Below are positions 40,325 through 53,719 of a stretch of 64,000 nt of DNA, piece by piece. The stretch lies in contig MU053810.1 of the NCBI GenBank assembly GCA_013239625.1, positions 6,606,122 through 6,670,121 on the forward strand, written 5' to 3'. The DNA comes from Lama guanicoe. Its lineage: Eukaryota. Numbering within the stretch: position 1 is the first letter of the stretch; each line of letters opens with the position of its first letter. The notes under the pieces were generated by a model. That model was not told where the DNA came from. It ran no database searches and saw only the letters and a list, made by a program, of their open reading frames with translations. The position numbers were made by a program, and so were the translations under genes.

Positions 40325-40517
40325 GGGGGGGAGGGTATAGCTCAGTGGTAGAGCACAAGCTTAGCTTGCACAAGGTCCTGGGTTCAATCCCCAGTGCCTC
40401 CATAAAAATAAGTAAATAAACATACAGGAACCATACCACAATAAAGGTGTGAAAATAAATAAGCAAAAACCTATTTACCTCCCCCCATGAAAGAGAGTAA
40501 AATTAAAAAAAAAAAAA
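40325..40517 (+). mobile_element. Vic-1-type SINE
   Basis: gggggggagggtatagctcagtggtagagcacaagcttagcttgcacaaggtcctgggttcaatccccagtgcctcc, A-rich tail, flanked by cttgca repeats. Confidence 0.92.
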
Positions 40518-41293
40518 AGTCTTGCAATCAGGATACATGAATGCTGCAATGCTGCTCTTTTTCAATATTGTGCCCCAAGTTCTTTTCAGTCACTAATTTC
40601 ATTTTGCTTTGATAGGATGATAGGAACAGGGCATTCTCTTCCCTGCAGGCCACCAACTACCCAGAGAATGAAAAGCACATACTCTGTGATTCTGTTTGCA
40701 AGAAGCTCTACAGTACCAACGTAGAAAAAGATCAGAGCAGCAATGGGGCGGTGGGGCGAGGACTGACTGGAGGTTGTGGGGTGTAAGTGAACAGTCCATA
40801 ATGGAAAGCTTCCTCACCCCAAATTCTACAATCGGACTGAGACAGGGAAGTCACACGGGAAACAGAAGGAGTACGAGACAAGCAGCATGAGAACTAGGAG
40901 AACGTGGCTTCATAAAAGTCAAAACAGGAAACTGTTTTGAAAGGAAGGTGGCCCATCATATCAAAAGCTTCAGACATGTTTTGTGAGGTCAGGACTGAGT
41001 GCTGGCCACGAGGTTTAACAATAGGAAGGTTGCTGCAAACTTGTGAAACCAGTTAAAGGCCCCCGGGGTCCAGGAACAAAGCAGGGTGTTTTATGCAAAT
41101 GTAAACCTGTGATTTCTGAAAATCTGACCAGAAAGCCCGAAGCAACAAAAGCAATTATCAGAAATAATACAGCATGACTGCCTAGAATATTAGTTTTGAT
41201 TTCTGAACATGGTTCTATATGTTGAAAACAACCCACGCTCGTCCCCTTTTCTATGCGGTGGCAAGAGAATAAAGAAACAAAGTAGGAAGTGCT

Positions 41294-41450
41294 GGAAGGA
41301 AGGAAGGAAGGAAGGAAGGAAGAAAAAGAAAGAAAGAGAGAGAGAAAAGAAAGATATAGAAGAAGAGGGAGAGAGACAGGGAGAAAGAGAGATGGACAGA
41401 AAGACAGACAGAGAGACAGAATAAAGTAGGAGAGAAGGAAGGAAGGAAGG
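41294..41450. repeat. (GGAA)n / GA-rich low-complexity tract
   Basis: Directly visible; explains the overlapping low-complexity ORFs at 41015-41530. Confidence 0.95.
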
Positions 41451-43002
41451 ATGCACCTTTCACTGAACTCAAGGCTGGTAAGTACTACGTTTTTCCAGCC
41501 GGATCCACTAGAATATTCCTGTTGTAACAAATGTCCCCTTTGTTTAAAATAATAAATGTTCTGTTCAAGTATTTAGGGAAACAGGATTATTACTTTTACT
41601 CTTCCTAAACCTGTACGAGGAAAACTCAACACATGTATGTTGTGAGGGAAAGACCAGGTCAAATACTAAAAGGTGCAAAGCTAGTGTTCTGAGCAGAGAG
41701 CCCCCTTGTGGCCAAGAATAGCTGCACTTCTATATTAAAAGCAATCACCTGGAATGAAGAGTAAAAACTGGCCAGACCAGAAGCAGAGAACAGGAGCGCC
41801 TTGGCAATTTCCATTTCATTTCCCCCTTGGCCCATTTCCTGGGATGTATTTTGACAACTGTAGGAGAGCAATTTATCATTCAAAATGCAAAAATATTTTT
41901 TTCAAAAGTGCCAAACTTAGAAATTATTATTAAAGGCAATTCAATGACATTCTCTTCTGTCTCAGGTCATGTATATAACAGTAAAGGCAGTAACAAATAA
42001 TTTTTAAAAAATATATTGACTCTCACAGATGATGGAACTGGGAAGGAATCATCAGTCACTCAGAGATTTCCACAAATTTCTGCAAGACGGCAAACAAATG
42101 AAGATAGGGCAACTCCCCCTTCCATGGCACATGCCCACACAAAGCCCATTGCTTTTTGTTGTTGTTGTTTTCATATGTTTTCTTTTATTCCCATTTCCCA
42201 CTCCCTGTCTTCTTTCCCCACATGAGCATAAGAGCATCACTCTCAAAACAATCAGATAACCAATCACATCTGAGGGAATCATTCAACCCTGTGGCCAAGA
42301 CTGTTCCTTGCATCTTAATACTATATATATGTTCTTGCAAAATATGTTTTGTTGTTTTGAGTGCATGTGTTTTGTTCTTTTTTCTTCATTGTAAATTGAA
42401 GTAAATTTTACGTATAGTAAATGCAGATTGTAAATGTAATTTTTACACATTTCTTGTAAGCAGCATTTATGTTTGTTGCTTAAATTATTTTAGCAGCTCT
42501 CTATTCCCTGCATAAAGCATAATTACTAAAACCATTCACTATATTTGAGTCAAAATAGCTCATTAAAAAAAAAAAATCCTTAATAAAATTGGCCACAAGA
42601 TGTCCCCACTGCTTTTGAAGATACGTTCTACATGTGCCTTGACTGACTTTTTTCATTTCAATTGATTTATTTTGAGGATGTTAGCCAGGCACTGTTTAAT
42701 GAGATTTTTGTTCTAAATCTGGTTTCAAAATGTTATGCCCTTAAGCAATCAGGTACCAAATGTTCAGAATGGTAGACATTTTCAAAGCAAGGTTAAAGGA
42801 ATATTTCCAAATGGAAATCATGCATTTATCTTTAAAAGGTCTATATTAAATGATGATTTTTCTTAAATTGTGGGAGCCTTTTGTGGCCACTTTGAATTAG
42901 TAAGTTATCAGAAAATGTTACTACTTTAATATGGAATTTACAGCAGTAATTACTCTCTGCAAAAGCTAATTAGAAGTGAAGAATTAAAACATGTTCTAAT
43001 TC

Positions 43003-43214
43003 TATAATGAAAAAGAATATGAAAAGGAATATATTTATGTGTGTAACTGAATCACGATGCTGTACACCAGAAATTAACACAATATTGTAAACCGACTATA
43101 CGTCAACTGAGAGAGAGAAAAAAAGAAAGAAAGATAGAAAGAGAGAAAAAGAAAAAGAAAAAGAAAGAAAAGAAAAGAAAGAAAGAAAAAGAAAGAAAGA
43201 AAGAAAGAAAGAAA
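43003..43214 (+). mobile_element. L1 3' tail with (GA)/(GAAA)n microsatellite tail
   Basis: ctataatgaaaaagaatatgaaaagg...taactgaatcacgatgctgtacaccagaaattaacacaatattgtaaaccgactatac followed by GAAA repeats. Confidence 0.9.
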
Positions 43215-43786
43215 GTCCTATTAATGTCTCCTTGCAAGATACGAAAGCGATACAAATGTTGCATTTGTTTTATTTATAAACACCTGCTCCATGGAATGCT
43301 GAGTGAGTCGAGACTGGAATTAGGGATACTCCGCTTAGTTTTACCAATCAAGTCTAAATTGTGGCTGCTCCAGGCTACCTGGGAGAATCCATTCTCTTCC
43401 TTACCGGTGTCTTACAAACACCTGAATCATGACAGGTGGCCTAAAAGAAATACTTTGTTGCTTCGAGGATTCTTTAAGTGGAGTGTTCTGAATATAACTT
43501 CGAAACCTACTGCATATAGGAGTTGGAAGAGAAAAACAAAACACTAGACTGACCGGGAAAGTTCTAAAGGCAAATAGATTTTATGCACCCCTCAGGATCC
43601 AGTTTATAATCAAGACTCATTTGTTGTTGTTGTTGACCTAAAAGTTTTCTTTTCACTGCTTTTGAGTTAATTACCGATTAAAAGTGTCATTACAGAAACA
43701 TAGTTACATGTTAAGCCTGAGTCTCACTTTTGCAATGGAAGAGATTGCAGAGAAAAATGTCTGTCTTTTAATCCATTCATGGGCGG

Positions 43787-44220
43787 TGTTATGTGTTAAA
43801 TTGTTCCCCCTAAAATTCGTATGTTGAAGACCTAACCCCCGGTACCCCAGACAGCGACCTTATTTGGAAATAGGCTGGTTACAGATGTAATTAGTTAAGA
43901 TGAGGTTGTGTTGGAGTAAGGTGGGTTCTTACTCCAGTGTGACTGGTGTTCTTATAAAAAGGGGGACACGTGGACACAGATTGGCACACACGGAGATTGC
44001 CAGGTGGAGACTGGAGGGATCCTGCCACCAGCCAAGGAACTATCAGAAGTTGGAGAAAGACCTGGAAAAGATTCTTTCCTGGTGTCCTGAGAAGGAACCA
44101 GTCCTGCTGACACCTTTATCTCAGGCTTCTGAACTCCAGAACTGTGAAATAATCTGTTTCTGCTCTTTAAATTGCCCAGTTGATATTACTCTGTTATGGC
44201 CACCCTGGCAAACTAATACA
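43787..44220 (+). mobile_element. MLT1B/C-type solo LTR
   Basis: tgttatgtgttaaattgttccccctaaaattcgtatgttgaag...accttatttggaaatagg...gaactccagaactgtga...ggcaaactaataca. Confidence 0.9.
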
Positions 44221-44916
44221 GACAGTAATTGCCTTGAGGAAGTGATTAATGTTAATAAAAATATACACAGAACACCAATGGATTATTTTGCTAATTGTTC
44301 TTCTTTTTATTGATATTAATCTTCATTTAGTATTTAGCTATTATGTAGTCATGATTTGAATTTATTATTTCCTTGGGAAACATAGATTAGATAATTTTCT
44401 CAAGAGTCATGAGGAGATGTGAGTCCAGCTCCACTAAATAATAAAATTTTAGACACATACAGATGAAGAAATTCAGGTAGAGAGGTTTACAGAATAAGCT
44501 AAAAAATGGCAAAGTTTTCTGTCCCCAAAGAGGTAAAGTGGGGGAACTTGCGTATCTCTTCCATTTTGACTCATTGTGTCGTAAGAAAAGTTTCAAGATA
44601 GAGTTTCCCAGTCAAATAGGGAAACAGATGTATTCTGGGCACTCTTGAAATGTGGGTGTAGGGTAAATGCTGCGACAAGCTGACTATAGATCAAAGAAGA
44701 CCTGAAAACCCTGAAAGCAAACTTTTCATAGTGAGTCATCCAGCGGCATCTGGGAGCTCCTTACTGCCTTGTCTCCCTACAGCTGCTGTCTTTCTCTCCA
44801 GTTAAGGGCAAATTAAACTCTCTTGCCCAAGTTACAGTTCATCTCTTGAGGCTTCCCTTCCATCCTCCTCCACCTCCATTGCTTCCTCTGCTTTACTTTG
44901 TTAACTCCTACCTTTC

Positions 44917-45307
44917 TGTTATGAGCTGAATTGTGGCTCTCCAAAATTTCCAAGTGGAAGTCCCAACCCCCAGTACCTCAGAATGTGACTGGATTTGGAG
45001 ACAAGGTCTTCAAAGGAGTTAATTAAATGAGGACATTGGGTGTCCCTGATGGTCATGCAGTCCACTAAGGACGCCCCAACATGGCTGGTGTCCTTGTAAC
45101 AAGAGGAGATTCGGATACAGATATACTCAGGAGAAGACCACGTGGAGCCACAGGGAGAAGATGGCATCTACGAGCCAAGGAGAGAGACCTCAGAAGATGC
45201 CTTGATCTCAGACGTCCAGCCTCCAGAACCAGGAGGAAATGCACTTCTGTTGTGTCAGCCACCCAACCTATGGCCCTGGGTTATGGCGGCCCAGGCAAGC
45301 TAACACA
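44917..45307 (+). mobile_element. MLT1B-type solo LTR
   Basis: tgttatgagctgaattgtgg...cccagtacctcagaatgtgactggatttggagacaaggtc...cagcctccagaac...ggcaagctaacaca. Confidence 0.9.
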
Positions 45308-45973
45308 GCTTCTTTGAAGACCCAGTCAAGTTATAACGACCACGTCATCCCCTACTCACTTCGGACGCGGCATATACTAAACTGGTTTTATTCTTCCCTT
45401 GATAGACGTTCTCCCCAATTCCAAGCTTAAGGCCTACTAAGTGCCCCATTGTTAGTAGAGGTAACTCATGAGAGAAATATAAGATTACACGTAGGCACAG
45501 CTCAGTCTGTTATTGGACACTGTCTCCAGCTAACATATTTTATGCAGACGTAATTGATGTCAGTTTAATCTGTTTTTCTTTTGCCTATTCTGGAGTCTGG
45601 AGCTGAGCCTAGAGCCCCAAGCTCTGACTATTATTAGCTGAATTCCTTCCAATCTGTGTTAATTATAGCACCTCTTAATCATAGGGAGTTTGATAAACCA
45701 ATCCATCATCTTTGATGACAGGTGATGGACGTTATAAAAGCATGCTATTTATCCTCCCACATTCTGCATTTCTATGGCAGCAGGAGCTTTCTGGAAGCCA
45801 AGCCTTAATGCAGAGGGATTGATCTAATTTTAAGAGCTTTAGTTGATGTGGCGGAGTCAGGGGTGTATGGTTTTATCCCATAAGGCCTTTCAGTGTCCCT
45901 AATCATGGAGGTGTCTGTAAGGGACCAGATGTGCCATCCTGACTTCCAAAACTCTGGCAGTGGCCTTAGTTGT

Positions 45974-46404
45974 TGTGGGAGGCACAGTAATGGCATTGCG
46001 AGGATCTTAATCCTGGAACCTATGAATATATCCCCAAACATGGCAAAAGGGATGTGGCAGGGTTGGTTAAGGATCTTGAGGTGGAGAGATTATTCTGGAT
46101 GATCCAGGTGGGCCCAATGTAACCACAAGAGTCCTTATAAGTGCAAGAGGGAGGCAGCAGGGTCATGTGACTGATGACATCAGAATGATGAGGTCAGGAG
46201 CCAAAGAGAGCAGGTGGCCCTGGGGAGCTGGAAATGCCAGGACAGATTCTCCCTCCAGCCCCCAGGAGGAGCTCAGTCCTGCCTACTCCTTGAGTTCATC
46301 TCCATGAGATCTATTTTGGACTCTGACCTAGAGAATTGCATGATCATAAATTTGTGTTCTTTTAAAGCTCTTAGAGTTGTGATAATCTGTTACAGAAGCA
46401 TACA
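45974..46404 (+). mobile_element. MLT1D-type solo LTR
   Basis: tgtgggaggcacagtaatgg...aatcctggaacctatgaata...ggttaaggatcttgaggtggagagattattctggat...ggtgggcccaatgtaaccacaagagtcctta. Confidence 0.88.
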
Positions 46405-47205
46405 GCTGTCCAGTAACCTGGTTACTGAGCCTGGTGCCTGAAATTGCAGGGTTTCTACAAGCTGAGCTGGGACAGCACCCGGGACTCCCAGAAGTCCCTT
46501 CCCACCAGCCCAATCCCCACCCCCCACACTCTGTGGGAAGGCCCTGGGGCCCTGGGAAGACCTTGCACTTTCTGTCTGTGAATGCTTCTAAAAAGCACTT
46601 GAGTAATCTGATCTAATCATCTGATATCTCCAGTCACCTAATTTAATCAGGTCAAGACAAACTGGCTTGTTCTCCTTGATCTGATTATTCAGCACAGTTG
46701 ATTGATTAATTTAGTAAATTAATTCACACAGACACATTAATGTCTGTCAATGCCCAAATGAATTACTTTATTTAGAATTTTTTTCAGGTTTTTTTTTTCC
46801 CCAAAAAACTTTAGGATAAAAGGTTAGGCACCAGACCCATAGCGGACTTTGTAGTTGTCTGATTCTTGGTTGTCTGGGAGGATGAGGGTCTGAGGAGAGC
46901 CATTTTTAACTCACACCAGCCTCTGCTGGAAACAGCATCAAAATGGGGGGGGGAGGTTAAGGGGAGACCAGGCCCCCAACTCATTATAAAGTCAGAATAG
47001 AAGAGCCAGTTTGTGAGACCAAGGGTGGTGAGCCCTAAGATCCTGTATTTCCTCTACTTCAGTGAAGTTTTAAAACTTCTGCTTGGAGTCCATTCTTGGT
47101 CAGAGATGCATCTGAACTAAATGTATATGGTAGATGTACCGGAGATATCAACTGAGCCCTCTATCCTGGCCCACCCCACATAGGAGCAGAAGTGCATGCC
47201 TACTT

Positions 47206-47253
47206 GTGTGTATGTGTGTGTGCATGTGCGTGTTCATGTGTGTGTGTGTGTGT
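47206..47253. repeat. Imperfect (TG)n microsatellite
   Basis: Directly visible. Confidence 0.9.
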
Positions 47254-47799
47254 GATGAAGAGGAGAGGAAGGCTAGCTTTAACTACCAGTGGTATCTGAT
47301 ACCAGCAGGACAGGCAGTGGGTTTTGGGATGTGTGCCTATCAGTGCCTGTGGGGCCTGGCAGGTCTGAGCTAGGAGGGAACAACTGTGAGCCCATCACTG
47401 CCTGCCTTGGGAGCATATTCAGCCCTTGGCCTCCAGTCTGTGACTTCTGAGCATGTGTTTAGAGATGACGCATGCAAATCTCATAACGCGGTGCCAGGCA
47501 CAGAGGAGGCCTTCAGTAGATCTCTGCCTGATAGTCACATATCCTCCTGGCCATCTAGTTTCTCCAGACGTAGGCAGTGATGCTTAGATCTTCTAAATGA
47601 GGCTTTAGAATTCAAGAATTTCAGAGATACGTGGATCACAACACCTTTGCAAGCCACGTAGTTTTTCCTGCAGTTTTCGTAATAGATATACAATGCTCTA
47701 AAAGTGCTAGTTTTCAAAAATTACATTTTGGGGGAAATTAGTACTGAAGACAAATTATAGATAAAAATTTAGAAAAAAATTAGTTCTATAGAAATGCAA

Positions 47800-47965
47800 A
47801 TAATGATAATAGTTTATTAAGCATTTCTATGAGCTGGGTATGTTCAAAGTGCTTTACAGGTATCAAGCCATTTTACAGCTAAGGAAACTGAGGTTCAGAC
47901 AGGTCAGGTAACCTGCCCAAGCTGATCTACCTGTACGTGGTGAAGCTTGGGATAAAGTTCTAAAA
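47800..47965 (-). mobile_element. MIR SINE
   Basis: tttattaagcatttctatgagctgg...ccattttacagctaaggaaactgaggttcagacaggtcaggtaacctgcccaag. Confidence 0.8.
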
Positions 47966-47972
47966 GCATATA

Positions 47973-48156
47973 CAACTGACCCTTGAACAACACAGGTTTT
48001 GAACTGCGCAGGTCCACTTCTATGTGAATTTTTTTCACTAAAGACATACTACAGTACCACACGTGAATACAGAGGAATGGCTGCAAAGTTGTATGTGATT
48101 TTTGACAGCTTGGACGGTCAGCACCGCTAAACCCCAAATTGTTCAAGGATCAACTG
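47973..48156. mobile_element. Tigger2-family MITE (MER8/Tigger2a-like)
   Basis: TIRs caactgacccttgaacaa ... ttgttcaaggatcaactg with TA on both sides (47971-47972, 48157-48158). Confidence 0.9.
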
Positions 48157-48205
48157 TATCATAATCACAGTCGCAACCATGGAAGCAAGAGAGCAAACAA
48201 ATGGC

Positions 48206-48685
48206 TGTATTTGATATCAGTTGCTGTGTAACAACACCGTCATCCCCCAGACTCAGCTGCCAGAAACAACAGACATCGTCTCACAGTCTCTGTGGGGCAA
48301 GGGTCTGGATGGCCTTGCTGGGCCCTCTCCCTGGGCTCTCTCACAAGGTTGCAGTGAGGCCGTCAGTCTGTCTGCAGTCACCCCAAGCCTCCGTCTTGTC
48401 CATCCACTTCCAGGACCTCAGCCCCTCGCCATGTGGCATCGCCGTACATTGCCTGTGTGTCCTGATAATGTGGGAGGTAATGGCTGCCCCACCCATCCCA
48501 AGAGAGCACCCAAGGGAGAACCCACAGTCTTTTTATGTTCATTTCAGAAGTGACGGACCTTCGTTTCTACTGTATTCCCGTCATTAGAAACAAACCAGTA
48601 AGTCTGGCCACAGTGAAGGGAAGGCGTGACCGGAGGACCAGGAGATCGGGTTCGCCAGGAACATCTTTGAGGTTGCCTGCCCCAA
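48206..48685 (-). mobile_element. Older MLT1-type solo LTR
   Basis: tatcagttgctgtgtaacaac...cccagactcag...aaacaacagacat...tctcacagtctctgtggggcaag...cagaagtgac...ggaacatctttgaggttgcctgcc. Confidence 0.7.
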
Positions 48686-49200
48686 GAGCCTCTGGAGATT
48701 GGACAGATCGCCATGAGCAGAACAGGTGAACTTGAATCTAAATGGCCAGGGACGTTGTCCCCAGATTTCCCATCACGTTCCCACTACATGGGAACACAGT
48801 TGTTTATTCTTTTGTTTTCCTCTTTTAAGGAAGTCAGATCATTTTAAGTTTATATATTTCTTAAAATATGGAAAAATAATTCTGTATTTTTGCCTTTTCT
48901 GAAATATTGCCACAATTTGGGGGATTTGTCTGCCTAATTTTCATGTTGAGCCCTGTCTCGTTGGAGGATGAGGAAATAGCACAGGATGAGAGCTTTGCCT
49001 CCGTGTCCTCACACACCTTCCTGGTACCAACTATCTTTTCCTCCTCAGTAATCCCTCTCGTCCCTGCCATTTCATTGTGTAGCGTTAAAACTAGGTCAAC
49101 CTGCTCTTTTCGTTATATTTTCCCCAAATATAGCACTGTCAATTCCAGAATGGTTTTTCCTGGCCTGGTCAGTCAATGAGAAAGCCCGAGGAGCCTTGGG

Positions 49201-49216
49201 GGTTGCCATGGCAACC
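49201..49216. promoter_or_regulatory. Perfect palindromic RFX X-box motif
   Basis: GGTTGCCATGGCAACC contains the canonical GTTGCCATGGCAAC. Confidence 0.65.
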
Positions 49217-50889
49217 GCCAGAGAAGAAGGGAGATGAGGACACACAGGTTAAATTGGCTGTCTCCTGTCACCCGGGCTGCCTGGGGTGGTGAGAGGGGGA
49301 GGGCCTGTTTCTGGAGCCGGGAGCCAGACTGGGATGCTCAATGCATACAGAGCAGCAGGGAAGGACCAGCAAGGCAGCCGCAGATGGAAGCAGGTCAGAG
49401 GAGGACAAGGCAGAGCTTGGCCCTTCCTGGGGCTGAGACTCAGGGGTAAGCTTCCGTGCTTGTCAGAAGCCCCCAGTTTGCACTTGCTGTTAATTTAACT
49501 TCTCCTGGAAACAACTTCTCCTGAACAATGAGGAAGAAGCGTGGGCTAGAAAGAGATGCAGGGGCTGAGGAAACCAGGAACGTGGACCCTGGCCCCACAC
49601 AGGTCGGATCACACGTGTGTTTCCACGTCCCACAAAATAGACGGTATTTTATAGCCGTCTGCTTCTCCACATGTCCTCCTTTCTTTCTCTCTCTTCTCTT
49701 TATTTTTAACTCAACCTAAATATTTTTTTTCCCTCACAAGATGTTCATTGCCATCTGCTGACCAGGCTCAGTCACTGCAAATAAAACTGCAAACCTGTTA
49801 GCCGGGCAAGAGGGTCACTGTGCCCTAATGCTTCTGAATTAATTAAACTAAGGCTGACGTCCTTGTTTCAATACTATCATGGTGGTTTTATGACCAGGAA
49901 GCAAGAATATTCCAGGATGTCTTGTAGGAGACTGGGAAAATAGGAAAGAAGAACACAGATGTCAAATCACTGAGTTCATGGCAAAAGGACATCACTATTC
50001 TGCCTCTTCAGATATGTAGACAAAGGGCAAGTATCACAAACCCCAATATTTCTTTATAAAAAGTTAGTTGAGACTATCACCATTTAATACCTGAAGGAGG
50101 AAATGTTATATGTAGACATGATCTGAAATAAAGGGAAAATGAATAAACACGAGTGTCATTAGGACTGATCCTAGTGGGGGCCACGCTGGAGGGTCAGTGA
50201 CTGAGGACAGAGGCTCGGATGAAGCCAGGTGGCCCGCCTGGGTACAGGTGGGGGTTCACGTGTGCCCAATATTTAAAATGATAAACCCAGCTATCAACTT
50301 GTATAAAATTCATGCTATCCTCTCCCCTTGACAAGTATGGCTCCATAATGACGTGGATGTCAGGTGGGAATTCAGCCCTCAGATCCCTTAATGTGAAGTG
50401 GCAGGTGGCAGCCTGCAAAGACACCGAACCTCTGTGTCCCAGCTTTGGCCTCAGCCCCCTCTCTCCTAAGCCCTGGCTCCCTCCTGTGGGGCGAGGTGGC
50501 TGCAATGTGTGTCTATCCCAGCTGCACAACCATGTCTCTCTAAGTCCTGTCTCTCAGGCTTCGGGGTACACACTGGAAGCCCGCTTGGTCCTCTAGAGGA
50601 TGGACAGTCCTGACGAGACCAGAGGCAAGAGGCAGGGAGTCATGGCTGGGAGCTGGGATTGGGGGTCTCCACCACAGCTCCCTGTACACCCCCATAAAGA
50701 TCCTTTTCCTGACCCTCCTTGAATTACACAGTTATTGAAAATTATTCATGCCCAAGCTCCTTTCCAGTCTCCCAATATGACTTCATCCAACGTCTCTACC
50801 TGGCTTTCCAGATCTGTGTCATTTGCCCTTTGTTCACCTTTCTGAAGAGGCATTAGGGTGGATGTCATTTAAGATGAACACAATTTGGT

Positions 50890-51320
50890 CATTTTGAAAT
50901 GTGCAGAAACATCAAAATCGCTATGTTGTATACCAGGAGCTAACAGAGTGTTGCAGGTCAATTTTACTTCAACAAACAAATATGCAAACAAAACTCATAG
51001 AAAAAGAGATCAGATTTGTGGTTCCCAGAGGCAGGGGTCAGGGAAATGGGTAATTGAATGAAAGGTACAAACTTCCAGTTATAAGATAAATAAGCCCCAG
51101 GGATGTAATGCAGAACACGGTTACTGTAAGGAACACTGCTGTTATGTATGAAAGTTGCTAAGAGAGGAAATCCTAAGAGTTCTCTTCAGAAGGAAAAAAG
51201 CATTTTGTCTTTACCTTTGATTTTGGACCTATATGAGGGGATGGATGTTCACTAAACTTATTGTGGTCATCATTTTAGGATATAATATATGTAAGTCAAA
51301 TCATTACGCTGCACACACTA
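50890..51320 (+). mobile_element. L1MA-type 3'UTR fragment
   Basis: aaaactcatagaaaaagagatcagatttgtggttcccagaggcagg...aggtacaaacttccagttataagataaataag...gaaagttgctaagagag...aaacttattgtggt. Confidence 0.85.
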
Positions 51321-51669
51321 TTACACTGAGTCAAGAGCGACAAAAGTAATGGCAACTGCTCTTCCTTCTGAGAAGAATTTAATCTCTTTAGGTCTCTCCT
51401 ATTTAAGTTCATCTGGGGTTTTATCTAACAGGCATGTGAAACTTTGGAGGTCATTACACAAACCTAGCAAGACACAATCCAGGTTCTCTAGGTGACCCCA
51501 GTGATGGCAGAATAATTCTTACAAGAGCCTGGGGACGTAGGACTAACTGGGTCACCAATGTCACCCATGACTCTGGGTAATGAATAATTTTTTTTTCCTA
51601 TTTATTCATTACAAAATATTTATTGAGACTTTATCAGGCTATTAGGGTAACAATAAATATTATCATCAT

Positions 51670-51830
51670 AGTTGCTAACTTTTGAGGCTATTTATTGTGC
51701 ATCTAGCTATGTTCAAGGACCACATACATTATTAACTCATTTAATCATCATGGCAACCCACGAGGCGGGTACTTCTATTATTTTTTCACAACCCATAGAT
51801 GGAGGAAACAAAAGCACAGAAAGGTACTCA
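51670..51830 (-). mobile_element. MIR SINE fragment
   Basis: cattattaactcatttaatcatcatggcaacccacgaggcgggtac...atagatggaggaaacaaaagcacagaaagg. Confidence 0.75.
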
Positions 51831-53719
51831 CAGATGCTGAGGCAATAAATAAAATTAAGTCAAGGCACTTACATCCGAGAGAGTAACAAGTTCTACAGAA
51901 GAGCATTTTAAGCTCTTACAGGTCCAAGGATAAAAAGGTCTGTAGCTGGGGATTAGGGTAAGGATGAGCATTTGCCGTAGATAATTAAATATCTTAAAGG
52001 TAGACTCAGAGATGGCATGCGGAGGAGAATGGGTGGAGGAGGAGGAGGAAGTCATTCCAAGCAGAAAAGGCTCCAACATTTTAGTCATGCGGAAACTGGC
52101 ATCTGGGTCCCTGTGGAAGTGCCATGGCTAGTGTCAGAGATCAGGGTTTCTAGGGATGTCACATTTTGCTAGACTTGCTGCTTCAACTTGAACTCTGAAT
52201 TGGTCTCTTCACTGGTCAGCTCAACTGGCTGACTGCAGTTCCCAAATTGCCAGGGCACCGACTGCAAAGTGTGGGAATGAGATGGTAGCAAATTTTTATT
52301 TTTTTTTTAGCTTACGGCAAATTCTGGAAACCATGCACTAGTTTGGGCCCCACCCTAACTTACAAACCTTGACTATGGAGCACTGTCACTTTCCGATCCT
52401 GGGTATCACCAGGGAAAGCTCTAACATCTTCTCTGGTCCCTTTCCTTGGTCCCAAAGCCATAGTAATAAGGTGCATGGGTAGGGAAGCCCCTCCCACATT
52501 TGTGCAATGTTTGTTCACAGGCACCTGCCCTCCTGCTGCCTAACCCAGGAGCGGGGTCCCTGCGTCTGCTCCAGGCTCCTAGCACAGGACTTGGAGCTGA
52601 TGCTGTGGGCAAGGCCTCCGAGTTCTCTTTCACTAGGAAACCTCACTGCAGCTCAGCAGTGCTGCATCTGGAAACGCAGTCCTTTTCTGGCACTGTTTCC
52701 ATCCGCCCTGCTCAAGACTAAGAACTTTCTCTTGCTTAGGGCACTGGTTCTTTTCTCTTTTCATTTCATCTTTGATCTGAAGCAAAGCACCTCGGATCTT
52801 ATGATAAGCATCTCAAGTTGCTGCTCTGTCCTCTGTGTCCAGGAAGCTGGATAAAAATTCACCGAGGGCTGATTTAAATAATCTTCCACATTAGACTCGC
52901 ATGGAAGAGTATTAGAAATATCTGGGTTGAGAAAGATTTTTGTCCTTTTAACATAAAGAACAGCTTATTCACTTTAAAATTGTCAGGAAAAAAAATTTCC
53001 CTTGTACTAGAATAGTAACAGAATTCGATACCAAAAAAGGGGTAGGGAGAGAGGCAGAGATGGAGTGGGGGTTGGTTTATGGGGTGGAAAATCTGTGCAT
53101 TAGGAAAGGAAAAAAAAATGGGTAAAATGTTATATAGAGAGCTGTGCTCCTGAGGCTGAGGGCAGAAGAACTTGACAAGTCTGAGTCAGTTTGTGTAGGG
53201 TTTCAAGAGCTTGGTCAAACAGGCAAAGGGGTCTTTGTGCGGTGTTTTCTACTGGTTAACCCTTTTCGTGCATGGCCATTCTCCTGGGGACAATTTCCCC
53301 TCGCAGTATATCCATGTCAAAGATGAACTAGAGTCTGTAGCTGTGTTTTTAGAGAAAGATTGGATACAGTAAACATTTAAGCTGCTTTATTTAAATGATC
53401 CTCACCCCCTCATCCCATAATTTCAGTCCCCCATTAGGGGAGCAAAGTTGACATATCATGGTGTATGTAGTTCTCAACCCTCTTGTTTCCCTCTATGCAG
53501 TGTGGGTTGGGTATACTGGGAGTGATTATAAGGTTTTTCTCTGAGAACAGAATAAGAGTGTGTGGACATGCAAAAATCAAGTTCAACCATTTATAGAAGG
53601 AGTCACCCTTTCACAGGTAAATGTAGGTTATGAACACCCAAGTTCAGAGAGCGGTATAGAGCTAAGGAAGGGACTGGCCTCTGGGGGCGCGCGAACACGA
53701 CGGCTGGTGAAGAGTAAGC

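Noticed and set aside
41015..41530. 171-aa hydrophobic ORF
   Set aside because: Translation of the GA-rich/(GGAA)n low-complexity tract
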